A stretch of 64,000 bases of DNA from Trichinella spiralis (Eukaryota), in the NCBI RefSeq assembly GCF_000181795.1, contig NW_003526948.1:430352-494351 (forward strand), in the 5' to 3' direction. How positions within the stretch are numbered: position 1 is the first letter of the stretch; every line of letters starts with the position of its first letter. Below the pieces are notes generated by a model, which was not told where the DNA came from, did no database searches, and saw only the letters and a program-made list of their open reading frames with translations. The position numbers were made by a program, and so were the translations under genes. Shown in pieces: positions 12,397-26,900 of the stretch.

Positions 12397-15300
12397 ATGG
12401 AGGACGTGGCACCGCGTTCATTGTTGGACGTTGAAGAGCTGTGCCATTTGCGGACACAGTCGTTGCCGAACAAGCTACCGCCACCGGCGCGTACGTCAGC
12501 GCGCCGGGCGACGGTCAGTTGCGGCGACGGCGTCGACTACGCGACGACAGCCGTTGCGAGTTCGGTCAGACGTCGGTCGACGGGCGTCGTTGTGGGCGCC
12601 GGTATGAAACGTCTCGACACTGTCGGTCAGGATGGCCAGTCGCCGTCGTCCGGTCCCAGGTTGGACCTCTGGTGGCAAGGGTTCTGGGGCTGCTTGCGAC
12701 CGGTGTGGAATATGATCGGCAAAGAGTGGGCCGTGGCGCCGCAGAAATTGAAACAGTGCCAGACGGCGGCGGCGCCTGCGGCCGCTGCCCAAACCGCCGC
12801 GGCGGTGGGCTCGAAAAGCAACAAGCAGCAGAGCGCCGCCGACGACTGGGAAGTGCCGTTCGAAAGCATCACCGACCTGCAGTGGCTGGGCGCAGGCTCG
12901 CAGGGCGCGGTTTTTCTCGGACGGTTCAACGGCGAGTCGGTGGCGGTGAAAAAGTTGCAACGCATCGGCGAAACCAACATTCGACACCTCAGACACCTCT
13001 CCCACCCGAATGTCATCAAATTCAGGTAAATTTGCATATTAAAATTGAATCCTAATTGGTAATTGGAAATAAATTGTAATCTTTGAATGGAAGTATAATT
13101 ACTGTCGGTCGAATTGATCGCAAATTCACTGGTCAGCATTGTGTTAATTAGGCTGATAAAGAAATGAACGGGGAAAAAGTGTTTCAATAGGCGCGCGTGT
13201 GTGTGTGTGTCTGTTTTTTTGAATTTTATTCTATTCATAATGTGGTTGGTTATGATTGATGAATAATGAATGAAAGGTGAAAAATTTTGTTTGTTGAAAT
13301 TGTTGGTTGGGATGAGGATGTTGTTCAACACTGGTAGCTGGCACTGGATTAAATGATTGCCGGTGGTAGTAAGTAAGTGAAAGTCACTTTTCCACTGGAA
13401 AAAAGTCGTAAAAATTCAAGGACAAATTGACAATGGCAAGCAGTGGCCTTGGATGACGACCTATATTTGCCAAAGTAAGCGGAAAAAAATGCAAATTTTT
13501 TCACATTCGCTCCACTCGTTGCGTGACCTGTTGTCAACTGGAAATTTTGATCAATTTTTATTTTACAATTTCTCCGTTTGGAAAAAAAAACAATTTTTTT
13601 TTCTCTTCCCCTTCTGTCAATAATAATGAATGATTGATCGATTGATCGATCGATTTGAACTTGAATATTATTTGAATTTATTGCTGATATTTTGTGCTTT
13701 CAATCTTCGGACGGTCATCGAGATTTGATGATTTTTCGACTTCAATTTCACTATCGCGACCATTTGAAGTTTTGAACTGAAATTTACAGTATTTGGCATA
13801 ATTTTTTGAAATGACAACTCAAATTCTTGTTCCACTTTTTTTTGTCTGACTAAAATTTTTGTTATTTTTAATTTTTCTGAAAAAAATAATAATTCAATTT
13901 TTTTCTGCTAAAATTAGTCTCTTTATGTGTTTTTTCGAATCAATCGATTGTCCAAACTGTGAGAGGAGGAAGAGGAAAACGAAGGGGCATTCGATTTTTT
14001 GTTTTCAACTATTTCAACCGACAGACAGATTAGATGGTAAAAGAAAATTTGCATAATCTTCTTCATTTAACTATAGACGAAAGATGATTTTTCTTCTTCT
14101 TCTTCTTCTTCTTCTTTGAATCAATCATTAATTGAACGGTCAGTGAACTGTTGTTTACAGTGTGAAAAATTGAATTAATTCCCCACAACTGGCGTGTATT
14201 AATTATTTTTACCGTATTCAAACACTGACACAAATTAATAGCAGGTTACTTTGACAATTTTTTTGTTTGATTTATTTTTTATTGTTCTGCATTGTTTGTT
14301 TGAAATTATATTTTTTCATATTTTAAATAAAGAAGAAGAAAATAATAAGTATTTAATAAAAATTGAGAAAGAACAGCAAATTGAACAATAACAGTAGTAT
14401 GATGATCGATATTTCTCCCATTTTCTCTCTTAAAAATTTTATTCTCCTTTTTCCACTTTTGAAATGTTTATCAACAAAAGTGCGCAGTTGGAAAATTTAC
14501 ATAAATGTGCTCTCCCAATAATCGTTTCTTCTTCTTCTTCTGCTGCTACTGCGTTTATTTGTTTGTTTAATTTGAAAAGCAAGAGAAAGAGAAAGAAAAA
14601 AAAATTTTTCTTTTCTTTTCGTTACTGTAATTGTAATTTTTGAAAAGAAAAATCAATACCAATAATGAAACATACACTGCGAGCATGATAAAAAAAAAGA
14701 GAAATGATAAACCAATTATATGAAATTTATATAAATTTAAATAAATTTCCAGAATAAATATTATTTTTTTTCTTTTTTTTCTTTTCATTCCACAGGGGTG
14801 TTTGCACACAAGCTCCATGCTATTGCATTATTATGGAGTATTGTTCACAGGGGCAACTGTACGAATTGTTGCGCAGCGGTAAGCAGTTGTCGCCGAAATT
14901 GACTTTGGACTGGGCAAAGCAAATTGCCAGCGGTATGCACTATTTGCACCAGCAGAAAATTATCCACCGCGATTTGAAATCGCCCAAGTAAGTACTATCA
15001 GTCGTCTTTTCTCTCTCTCTCTCTCTCTCTCTTTCTACTTCTACCACTCAACGTTGTGTTTTGTTTCAATTTGCTAATTTGCATATTGTCGCATCCCCAT
15101 TCAACTGCCATTTCGTTCATTTCAATCTCGGCACCGATTTTATCGATTTACTCTTCGCTTTTATTTTTTCTAGTTCAAATTTCAATTTTCACATCTTCTC
15201 TCTGTGCACGCATCAAATAACTGGTATTGTTCAATTTGAAGATAATACGCACAACTTAACTTTCGCTTTGATAATAATAATGCTTCTTTTGTTAAAATTG

Positions 15301-17786
15301 TTGCCAAATTTAAAATATCATTTGTAACTCTATTTCTTTTTCCTCCTCCTCCTCATCCTCTTGCACATTAATTTTTTTTATCCAATTTTTATTGTTTTAT
15401 TGATCTTTTTTTCTCTTCTGATGTTGTAATGATCGTTTTTCATCATATTGTTCTGTCTTGTGTCGATTGACGACGATGAACGACAATTTTGATCGATCAA
15501 ACGGATAAGCATTTTTTCTTCATTCATCATTTGAAAAGGTCCAATTTAATATTATTATTTTGTTTTTTTTCTCTTTCTCTTTTATTCAGCGTTCTGGTGA
15601 CAAATGAAGATCTGCTCAAAATATCCGACTTTGGCACCAGTCGACATTGGACCCAAGCGAACAGTACACGAATGACATTCTGCGGCACTGCGTCTTGGAT
15701 GGCACCTGAGGTGATACGCAACGAGCCGTGTTCGGACAAAGTCGACGTCTGGTCGTACGGCATTGTACTCTGGGAGTTGCTCACCTGCGAGGTGCCTTAT
15801 CAAGACGTGGATCCGACGGCCGTGATGTGGGGCGTCGGCTCGCACAGTTTGCAATTGCCCATTCCTCACTCGACCCCCGAAGGATTGCAACTTTTGCTCA
15901 AGCAGTGCTGGAGCGCCAAGCCTCGAAATCGACCCTCCTTTCGACACATCCTCACCCATTTGGACATTGCCCAGGCTGAGTTGGAATATTTCACATTTGA
16001 AGCTTGGATCTCGTTGCAGCAGCGTTGGAAAGTTGAAATTGGCGATCGAATCAAAACTCTGCACCGCGCTAAAGATCGTTCCTGTTTGCAAAAGATCATC
16101 GGTAATTTTTTCCATCAATAATAATAATAATGCTCTTTTTCACCAATATTCAATTTTTTACTAATAACTGCACCGTGCGTTGTTTGGATTTAAGAAGATC
16201 AGCTCATCAGCCGTAGAAAGGACGAACTGAGACATGCGCAGGATGTTCGCGAGATGTACGAGCAGAAACTACGTCGGGCGAACAATTTGTACAGTGAACT
16301 CAGCCAGTGCATGATGCAGCTTGAACAGCGAGAGCGTGATTTACTTCGACGTGAACAGCAAATGGTCGCCATGCTCAGCAATCACGGCTTACTGTCGAAA
16401 AAGCCGAATCGCATCCGTTACCGTCTCATGCGTCCGATGATGTTGAAAGGTACTGGCGATCGATCAGTCAAAGGCAGTCCAATTGGGCAAGGGTATGTAT
16501 ACTGATATTGCACTTGCTACTGACGATCGACAATCGAAATTACACATTTCCAAACCCACAATTTGTCCAACCTATGAATTTTCAATTTAAAAATTTATTG
16601 AAACAGATGCTCTGTCTGTTTATGATCCAAAAAAATGTAAGAACACTGTTTTTACTCGTTTCAACGCACACACAGAAAATGGGTTCGAGTTGGCTTACTA
16701 GTTAATTTAGCTGTTCTGTTCGAATTAATTCGATTAGAGAATCAAAGAACAAATAACAACAATCGATGATGAATCATGGAATAATTTTACTCATTCCATA
16801 TTTACAATACTACTCTTCCCGAGTCAATATTAATTTTCAGTCATTTAATTTTGCAGTAAAAATTAGATGAGATCTATTTTAATCAGTCTGTTGTTAGTTA
16901 ATCTGTTGATTGCTTTGCCCGATGCATTGTGGGTGGGGATGAAAAGAGAGGTGTTGGAAAAAAAAGCACTGTTCCAAAATATCCAGGCAATTTAAATAAA
17001 TAACCGTATTGATTGTTGCAGTGTTAGCGGATTGTGCGGCACCAACGCTGCAGTGCTGTGCGTGGAAAATGTCGACGACAATGGTGGCCGTGAGCAAAGT
17101 GAAAATTCCACTGCCGACCGTGAGGAAAGGAATCGATGTGATTTTGCGCCCAGGCATTCGTCACGTCGATCGTCGAACGGTGGTCGCAGTTTGTCGAGGT
17201 CGAGCAGCGCGGTCACTGAGACGGTCACATCGGCAGAACGTCTGGCTCCTGGAACGGCTCGTCGCTGTGATAGCCGTGCTTCATTGTCCAGTGTTGGTCA
17301 AGCCGGTGGTCACTCGTCGTGTACCGGGTTGGAGGCGATTCGTGGATTTTCCAGAAATGTCCAAGAGCGTTGGTCCGACGGCCGGTTGCAGCAGCACTCC
17401 ACCAGTGGAGCTTTGTCCAGAGATTCGCCGGGTCGATGGTCCAGTGGTCGAGTGCGTCGGACTCGCCAACGTCAGTTCAAATACTCCCGAACTGCGGCCG
17501 TTTCTGTTCACCTCCCCCAGTCCGACAAACCAACTTCATCTGGTAGTTTGCAAATCAACACTTTACTTTTCTTTTTCTCATTATCACTTTATGCAAATTT
17601 ATCTACAGGCGAAATTATGTTGTACGGTGTCAAGAGAAATGTTCAACGTTCCTTGTCTCAAGCTGGATTGAACAACAATTTACCGGCAGAAGCGAACTTG
17701 GAAACATGCCTGGGTTGTGATGGCAGTTGTCCTGATGTAAATTGTCAGACTCGTAGTCGTCGACAAGGGCAAAATACTTTAAAAGC

Positions 17787-17820
<34 letters not shown>

Positions 17821-18895
17821 TGTATTGCTGCTATTCTTGTAACTACTACTGCTACTACTACTACTACTACTACTATTACTACTTCTGCTGCTGCTGCTGC
17901 TGCTGCTATTAATACTACTACTACTACCGTCGCTACCACTACCATTACTACCGCTTCTGCTATTACGAATGTGAATTGTACCAATAACAGCAACAGTGTT
18001 GATCATATCAATATTGATGTAGACCAGTACAATTGTAACGAAGTAAGCGTACATTTATTGAAGAAAAATTCATAATTTAACTCTATTCTGTATAAAAAAT
18101 AATCCAATAAAATATGCTCAACAACTAGTGTAATGGATCTGAGCAATCTAAATTTGTCTTGCATTTTAATAATTTTTTTTCTGTTGTTCATTATTTCAGA
18201 CTGGCCATACGAGAATGTCGAAAAACTGTGAAGAAGCGTTGAAATGTGCTATTCCAAGTGTGGCGCAAATGAATTCCACTGGTGTCGATTACAGAACACG
18301 ACGATATCACGGCAGTGTTGTTGGACAGAACAACAACTGGACGCGGATGACAAGTAGCGAAGATAGCGACGAAGAGAATATGTCTCATTGCAGGTTTGCA
18401 TGCATGCATGAACAATGAATGTGCTAGTGCACCTTGGTGACGAGAACGCAATGATGATGATAACGTTGGCAATTTTGCAGAGATCGCCTACGTCAGGAAA
18501 CATCCGCTCGTAAGGTGTTGTGTTCGAGTGAAGAAGAAGGCAACACTACAGACCGGTCGGTGGACATGGGCACTTCGGAGGCAGTGAATGCCAGCAGTGG
18601 AAGCACGATGGTCTCCAGCTTGGAGCGTAGCCTTGAGTTGTCGGCTATACTGTCGGATGGTCTTTCAGACAAGGAACGCAAAGTGAGACAAGTGAAAAAT
18701 ACCATCTTGGGTCACAAGAGAACGTCAAGTGTATGAAACAGTTTTGCTTATTTGTCAAGCACGAACAATGCCATTGGCAATTTATCGATTATATGCATAT
18801 TCTAGGGTCCGATTACGAAAATTTCGTTTCCAGTAGTTGCCGAATCAAGCAGCAGCAGTGATGGGGAATCTGAAGAGCAAACTGCGATTGTTTGA
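12397..18895 (+). CDS. dlk-1: Dual leucine zipper kinase (MAP3K12/MAP3K13 family)
   Basis: Exons 12397-13025, 14796-14987, 15590-16101, 16195-16492, 17022-17542, 17609-18042, 18200-18393, 18481-18730, 18806-18895. Motifs [54 protein letters not shown], leucine zipper [23 protein letters not shown], and SDGLSD. Confidence 0.96.
17788..17960 (+). repeat. Exonic trinucleotide repeats (AAT)n,(ACT)n,(GCT)n encoding poly-N/T/A in dlk-1
   Basis: Lies in the frame that splices at phase 0 (GAA|gtaagc, 18042) to the next exon at 18200. Confidence 0.75.
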
Positions 18896-18943
18896 TTGGC
18901 AAAAAGGCAAAAATTGGCTATTGTGTATTTTTTTAATAAATGA

Positions 18944-18976
<33 letters not shown>

Positions 18977-20591
18977 TATATATTCTTTATATTCTTACCT
19001 TTATTTATTATCGAATAAAATTAATTCCACTAATTGAGGTTGTGTTCAGGTAATCCGAACAGGTGCCGCGTGGAGCAGGCGTCCAGCTAATTCTGACAGT
19101 ATAATTAATTGTTGCCAATCATTTTTCTAAAACGCTTACTACTGCTTACACGCAACTGCATCAGAATTTCGCATTTTAAAAGTGTATAGATGAGATTTTT
19201 GTTTGTTTATTTGTTTGTTTTGCTTTGCTTTGCTTTGCAAACGACAAAGCATATTTTTTTCCCCTCCAACAAATTTGCCCACGAAGCACAGCACTCTTGG
19301 CACACCGGCGCATGCGTGCGAGGAAGAAAGCGCAGGCGAATTCGAAGAAATGCGCATCTTTGTGGAATTTAATTTTTTTTTTTCAATAATAATTTCAATT
19401 TACAATTTTATGTATACGAGTTTGACAATATTATTAGAATTGTTGTTGATGCTTTTTTAATATTTTTCATTCTGATTATCGTCATTGCAGAGAGAAGATG
19501 GAAGTGTGTGTACGAGAGAAGTGATAGCAGACGAACAAACAGGAAAGCTGAGCAGAGCAGAAAACTTTAATTGACGTTCTTCGCTTTGAAAACAAAATAT
19601 AATAATTCATAAAGAAAATTCACAAAATACTAATTGTAGAGAAAACGTTTCTTTGTCCTTATATTATTAATTTATTTTTTTTCTAAATATTATCTCATAA
19701 AGAAGTGAAAATGAGAGTAATCAATTTTTTGCCTTTTATAAAATTGAATACGTCACTGCATTGCGCAGCGTTCATTACATTCCAGTGGAAGTAATCAAAT
19801 TCATAAGAATCAAGCTGACACTCTAACGCTGGTCGGCTAGGTATTATTATTATGGAGTATATATATGTATCCATCTATCTGACCAGCACAGCAGACGCGT
19901 GCTTCTTCTTCTTCTTCGAACAGCGAAGCAAAAGTCATTTTTATTTATTTATTTTTTTGTTTAAAAAATTTTCCTGACAACATCTCAGGCAGTTAGTCTG
20001 TCATCAGTCGAATTATTAATGTTGTTTATTAGTGTGAGAGTAAATGAAAAAATAGCAAGCATTATTTACATTTTGGGACGTCATTGAAAACAAATCATTG
20101 TATTCGTTAGATAGAGTGTTTTAATTAATATTATCATCATAAATTTTCATGTAAAATTGAACTGCCTCCTGGTAAAATTAAATAAAAAATTGCTCTACTA
20201 CATACTTCCCGAGTATTTCTTTTTCACAGCTGAACACTTTTATTAAATAATCCATTTTTTCATCATCATATTTTATTCATATTAAAGTATACATTTAATT
20301 ATACTTATCTTTGCCATGGTTATCAATTTTTAATACGAATTTCATGTTATATCCAAGATGCACCGTTTTCATTAATTGAACAATTGAATTGAAACCTGAA
20401 AATCATACAGTTCGGTTTGTTTCTCTTTGTTCGAATTGTATGCTGTGTTGAATGCTGTTGTTGAAAGCAAATTATTTGGAAAACTATTTCTGGAAAACGA
20501 AACGAATTTTTTAATTAGCATTCTTCATTGCAAAGATTTTACAAAGCAGAAATTTATAGTATGCCATTTTTGATTACTTCGATTGATTGTA

Positions 20592-20604
20592 TACATATAT
20601 GTAC

Positions 20605-20638
<34 letters not shown>

Positions 20639-20647
20639 GTATGTATA
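20592..20647. repeat. (TATATG)n hexamer microsatellite
   Basis: Directly visible. Confidence 0.85.
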
Positions 20648-23600
20648 GAAATTTGTTTCCTTTTCGTTTTATTTTCAAAAAAACAGAAGCAAAGCCAGCG
20701 AGAAAGTTTAGTGTATCCAAGCAGATGTAAGCACCAGAAATAGAACGATAAAAAATAGATAAATAACTAGTTGCAACACAATAAAGTTGATCAAAAGTTA
20801 CAAGACATAGTTTGGAGCGGCAAAAAGTATCATTGGATATTTTTCACTTCAAGATATTTTGTTTTCAACAATGAGCAACGTTTCCAACGGTGAAATGTTG
20901 CCTGTTGTTTTGCAAAAGCAACAAGCAATATACTAACTACTTCGGTATGTGTTTCAAGGCAGAGTATACAGAGAGAACGTAATTTTAATAAATAAACAAA
21001 AACATGTGCATTATATCTCATACGTCGCAGCAGTACACACACTGCACAAATGACTCTCCGACCATTGAACGAGCCGTGCCGTCCGTCCGTTCCTAAGTGC
21101 ATTGAGATGTTAAAATGAAAGTGACATCAGTGAAGTGAAAAGAATTGAAAGCTCTCTTCTCGATGACAAAACAATCATCCAAGCATCGTTCCAAAGAAAA
21201 GCGCATGATTTGACAGGGAAACGCTTCAGAATTTACGAAATGGAAATTTTGAAATAGTAAATAGAATAGAAAACATGATGCTTTAATTCTATTCAACCTT
21301 TTCAACATTAAAACACACAAGGTGAACGAACAACAATCGTTTCGAAATATTAGCATTAGCATCGTTTGCGCAACGGTGAGCTGGAAAAATTTTTCAAATT
21401 ACGTCTGACAATCGTAAACGACTACACATATCACTTTTTCATTTTTTCAATTACTAAAGCACATTTTACTACTAAGCTAAGCCTCTACCCCCCTCCTCCT
21501 CTCTATCTCCCCCTCTCTCTCTCCCCCTCTTTATTAATGCTTTGCATATTATTCACATATAATAGCATTTCAAATTGCTAGTCCAACATGCTTTTATTCA
21601 CAGACTTTCACATTCACCACCAACGAGAGAATTCACTCCTCGTCTTGTCAATCTTAGCAATGTTTCCGCATTGTCCAGCTGCTGATCATTATTATTAGCA
21701 TTGTAACATGTAAATGCCACATAATTATTTATACAAAAAAATAATAATCAACTACATTGTGTGCACTTGGCAATAATATCATGAACATCAATACAGTTTA
21801 ATCGTATTTATGATTTGAAAGCGCCCACATTCAAATACTGAAAGTGGAAGAAAAATATAATAATCATAATCATAATTTAACGAATGACGAAGTTGACTTT
21901 CGAGAGGATTCTTTGAAAAAATGCTAAAATCAGAAAAGCTTTTTTCTTTAAACGTCAACAAATCTAAAAAAGTGCAGTTTAACCGACGAGCTGTGTAGGC
22001 TAAACAAATGTCTTATATAACACAATAAAACCCACTAAAAACATCAATTTTTTTTGAAACAACAAAAAACATTTTTATTTATGCTTCACCTGCTTCATTC
22101 ACATTATTGCACATTTTATTTTATAAAATGGACCTTTGAATAAAAACTTTCCAATCTGAAAGCTTCAAAAAAATTAAGTAATTTTTTTGCATAAATCATT
22201 ATGTACGTGATGTTGACTGATTTCACGAAATCTGGGAGGAAGAAGTAAACAACAATTTTTAAAGCACTCAACAAAAAAGCAATGTAAAAACGCTTTTTCT
22301 CCAAGCTTACTTTCCTCGTTGTCAAACTTATTTAAGACATCTGTCAAAAGACGACGACTAAAATGCCGTATGAGTGGGCATTATTGGAACTTTAAATCAC
22401 AAGTTCAAAGGTTTTATCATTTTTGCCATTTTGCAGTCAACATTCTCTCGACCACAACAGCTCATTAATAAGCGGCTTGTTTTATTCCAGAAAATTGTTC
22501 TTTTTCAATGCCCGCATGCACGTATATCACGCGGCACTGGTCAGGCAAAATGAAACGTTTATTTTTATTCTTAAATTAAATTCAAGCCTGAAGTCTTAAT
22601 AAACATTTCATATTTTGTTTATCAATCACTTTTCTTTCAGGCAACCAACTAATTTCACATCAGTGAAAATGGGAAATATTATTTATTATTCAAGACACAC
22701 ATTTGAAAAAACACATTTGTTTACTTTGCTTTGAACAGTATATTATGAACGTATGAAATATATTTATTAATTCACACGAGGAAATATATGTATATATATA
22801 CATATACACTTGATCAATAAGATAGTTATTTTCAAATGACGACCGAGTAGAAAGTGAGTGCCATTTTCACAGAATTGAATAATGCTAGGCGAGAAAAGTT
22901 ATAATAAACAATTTTTTTCTAATGTCCGTCAGATTTTCAGCGCCTCATCTAAATCCGATCCTCGTAGTAGGACAGTCAATCGACATTAATGATCATCCTG
23001 CTCCATCCATTGGGAGATAAATCGCTGCCGACACAATCGATTAAAATATATGTCTTCCAGAAGTTCCAAAGTTGTGAGAGTTAAAGCTTGGAGAGTGCAT
23101 CAAAAATGGTTACACCCACGCTGACCAATCAGCGTTAGAACGATTGAGGCGCTGTAACTGTTTGGGCAGAAGAAACCGCAGGTCGTTGTTTTTGTTCCTT
23201 ACTAAGTAACACTCGATCTGAATTTTAGCTTCCATCATCCAGGCGACTTATTCTCTTTCGTTCATAATTCTTCCCTCCCCCTCTGTTTTTCTCTTGCTTT
23301 TCGTCTCTCCCTCTCTGCTTCTCCCCCTCTCCTTCATTCCGGCATTGCGCTTTGATTTCGCTTTGTGTTATTCTCATCACCGGCTAGACTGGGTTGCTTC
23401 TTTTCACTGCCTCAGTTGCTGTTCTTCAGAAATAGCGATATTAGAGTATAGTTGGAGTTCCAGGAGGCGGTAGTAATAATAACATTCTTTATTTGAATTC
23501 GTCAACTTGGCCGATCCGTCCGGCATGGTGGAACGCGGGCGCGACGGATGAGTGTCGGCCAGTTAATTTGACATGACACGCCTTCTGTTTTGCTCCAATG

Positions 23601-23749
23601 CTTGCGTCGAAAGAGATAAACGACCGCTAGCTGCTTTAACTTACGACTGACGCGTCATCTCACGACGAAACAGCTGATTCCGACAACCAGTAGGAAGAAG
23701 AAAGCAGTCGCGTCGTTGGCGTGTCCGCGTACGACCTCAGCCGTAGCCG

Positions 23750-23750
<1 letters not shown>

Positions 23751-23791
<41 letters not shown>

Positions 23792-23855
23792 TACGTACAT
23801 ACATATACACACATACATACATACTTACACGCACACACACACACACACACACACA
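23751..23855. repeat. Compound (CA)n/(TACA)n microsatellite just upstream of the SLC4 start
   Basis: Directly visible. Confidence 0.9.
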
Positions 23856-23935
23856 TTAGCTCCGGTCGTAGTCGAGAAGAGAAAGTTTGAGGCGCCTTGT
23901 AACGCGCCGACCTGCCCCCTCTTATTCCACTTTGC

Positions 23936-26900
23936 ATGATGATCATCATGCATGCCGGATGTGAGCAAGAAACTCAACGACGCCGTTGCAGCAGCACCAC
24001 GGACGTGGCAAAAAGCAATGTAAAATTCAACTCTGTGCACCGCTGAGAAACTACCCCAATATCAGTTTCTTGTAACTGCAGCTTTCCAATACGGAAAACG
24101 AAGACGCCGATACGCTGCTGAAGCCGCTGTTTCCATCTGGTCGAATCGCGCTGGCTTCCTCAAGCACCTTATTGTACAGCACACCTCCAAAGCCGTCGCT
24201 CGAATCTTTTCAGTCTTCGTCGTCAACCGCTTTGAATACTTATTCTTTGCGAAGACCCAGAACTAGCCAAGTGGAACCAGGCGAGTGTTTGGTCGAAACC
24301 CACCTTCACCAGCCCGGTCATACGCATCGTACGAACAGTATGAATCGTCATGAGACGGGTCAAAAATATTTGACCATTACCAATTCTACAGTCAGCCGGT
24401 CATCCATTGATCTCTTCGATGAGGACAGCATCAATGATTTCGACGATGCTGAAGGAGGTATGCTTGGTTTATTTTTCTTTTTCACAATTCATTCAATCTT
24501 CTTTTTACATTATACTTGTATGCGTTTGCCATATTCAACAAATAACGTCAGGATATTTCAGTTAGGAATAGTGCGAGAAATTGTTTTAAATTCTTTCTTT
24601 GCCTATTATTCAATGAAAACAATTTTCCAATATTCAAACTGACCCATTCCATTCTCTTTACAATGGATATTATTATTATCATTATTTCGCAGTTATCCTC
24701 ATCATCCGTCTATCGGTTGTGTCAGTTCAGTTGTGTTCAAAATTTTCCATCGACTTCTGCATTCAACAGTTTAATTAAGTAAAAAAGATTTCAATTTTCA
24801 TAAATTAAGTTCAATTTTTATTTTACACGTTGAAAAACAGCAAGTTATATTGATATTTCAAGATTGCAAATTTTGTTGAGCCAGCAAAATGTACATCGCT
24901 TGATTTCCACATCAAATTTAAAAGTGATCGAGAAGATGATTTTAGTTTTATAATTTATTTGTTGAACACTGAAAAAGAAGATCCATAATATTTGAAATAA
25001 CATATTTGAATGGCTTTTCTTTGAACAAACGTAAAATGCAAAATGCTTTCTATCTAAAAGTAAGAAACCGCACCGTTCCGCTAATTGGCTGGTCAGTAGA
25101 AAAGGACAACTGGTGAACGGCTTGAAAATCTTGTCTTTATTAAGTCAGATTTTCCTTTGCACTCAAGAAAGTTGATCAATTCGACAAATGTTGCTTCGTT
25201 AGTTCTCGATTTGCTGCTCGTTGCTTAAACGGAAAAGCAAGTTGCTCACATTTAAATCGCTTTTGTGCACAACAATGCAAACCAACCCTTGCACTGGTTT
25301 CAATTCAAATGGTGACAAAAATTCATCGGCGCATTGTGGAATTAACATTTTCCCACTTTGGTGCTTCCATCCAAGGCAGTTGCTAGCTAGCCAGCTGCAT
25401 GTGCCAATACTAACGTGAGGGGAAAGGCGAAAGCTAATTACCAAATTGCTGTTGATCGAATCTGTGTTTCTAGCTTAGCAAAAGTCCAGCCTTGAGAATT
25501 GCGGCGATTTGCGGAATTTAGGGAAAATGTTTTATCATTTTAATCCCCATTAATTTGTGGTTTTTTACACCAAAGATAATCTTTTGATACAGCTGCAAGA
25601 CTTTTCTTCTTTAACAATAATATTAAGGATGTTGCATTAACTAGTTGAAATATGTAGAACAGCTTAACCAAACGAAAAGTGTATATTTATGAAAAATCAA
25701 TGCAAAGTAACAATTTTTTTAATTTATATCAAGTTATGTAATGAGACAATGTTCAAAGCGACTTTCAAGAGAGCTTTGATGATAATCACATTTACGCACA
25801 ACTTGCTCATAAAGGAAGGATAATTTTTAATAAAAAAAAGATGAAGTTGTGACTTTGTTAGGTAAAGCTAATTAAACAATTTTGCTTTTTTCTGAGCAAT
25901 TTCAATACAGGTAAAAGCGTAAGCACTGATGATGTAGGCGTGCGATGACGATGTGGATTGGTGCATTTGAATTAGAAAAAAAAACCTTCACTTATTGCAC
26001 TTTTTGCAATACCAACTTCTTTCTCGTCCAAAGGGCTTAATTAGGGCCACTTGTTTGTCGCGTCATGCCGGAGGCAGCTTACTATAATTCAAAGCTCATA
26101 ATATGCACAATTTTAACTTCACCTCAGCAGCAACGTATTACGTGAGATGTGCCTGGCTGGTATAAGTAAATAACGCTATTTAAGCCGTTTCAAGACAGCT
26201 TTTTCACATTATCCCATTAGACAAAGCTTTTTGACACGCACGGGCACAAAGACATTACGTAAACGAGCATTTCTTTTTCTTTCACTTTGAATAAGCCTGA
26301 AGGGTATGGTGAAAATTTTCAGCCGATGATAAACAACGTTCACCTGTTTGATTTTAGGAATTGGGAATGAAACAGTGCAGGAGCGTTTACTTTCTCAAAC
26401 ATTAAAACGGTTGATGAAAAGGAAATGCTTTGAAATCAACGATTTTAAGACGTTTCATCAACTATTGAAAATCGTTACAAACCAATCGATACCGAAGCGT
26501 AAATTACATTGACTGCCTTATTTCAGCTGCTGGAATTTCAGTGCTTGGTTAGAAGTGTCAAAGGAAAAATGTTACAACGAAAATTGATCACAACATAGAT
26601 ACAGTTGGGCTTTAATTTAGTTTCATTTTTTTGAAATGAACAAATTGTAAAGTTAAAATTTTATTATCATATAAAAATGATATGATAAGTAATTCTGTAG
26701 TCCGTTTTCAGTGTCATTAGACATCCACAATCACATGAAGATTATAGATGTATATTATTTATTTCAGCTGTGATTGTGAATTTGAAATTATTTTGAACTT
26801 ACATGTGCTAAAGTTCATATTAAAAAGTTTCTAGCAAAGAAATTACGTCATGCAATTTTTAAAATAAGCTGAAAAAATGAAGAGCATTATTTGTCATATG

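Noticed and set aside
12441..13331. Long overlapping and antisense ORFs over dlk-1 exon 1
   Set aside because: Explained by the high GC content of the kinase exon; no independent motifs
15527..16118. Antisense ORFs over the kinase exon
   Set aside because: Shadow ORFs of dlk-1
16670..16705. GGTTCGAGT B-box-like motif suggesting a tRNA
   Set aside because: No A-box or cloverleaf stems visible
17745..18054. Poly-L/V/S/I ORFs on the minus strand
   Set aside because: Reverse reading of the exonic trinucleotide repeats
23655..24040. CVCV/HTHT repeat ORFs
   Set aside because: Translations of the (CA)n microsatellite
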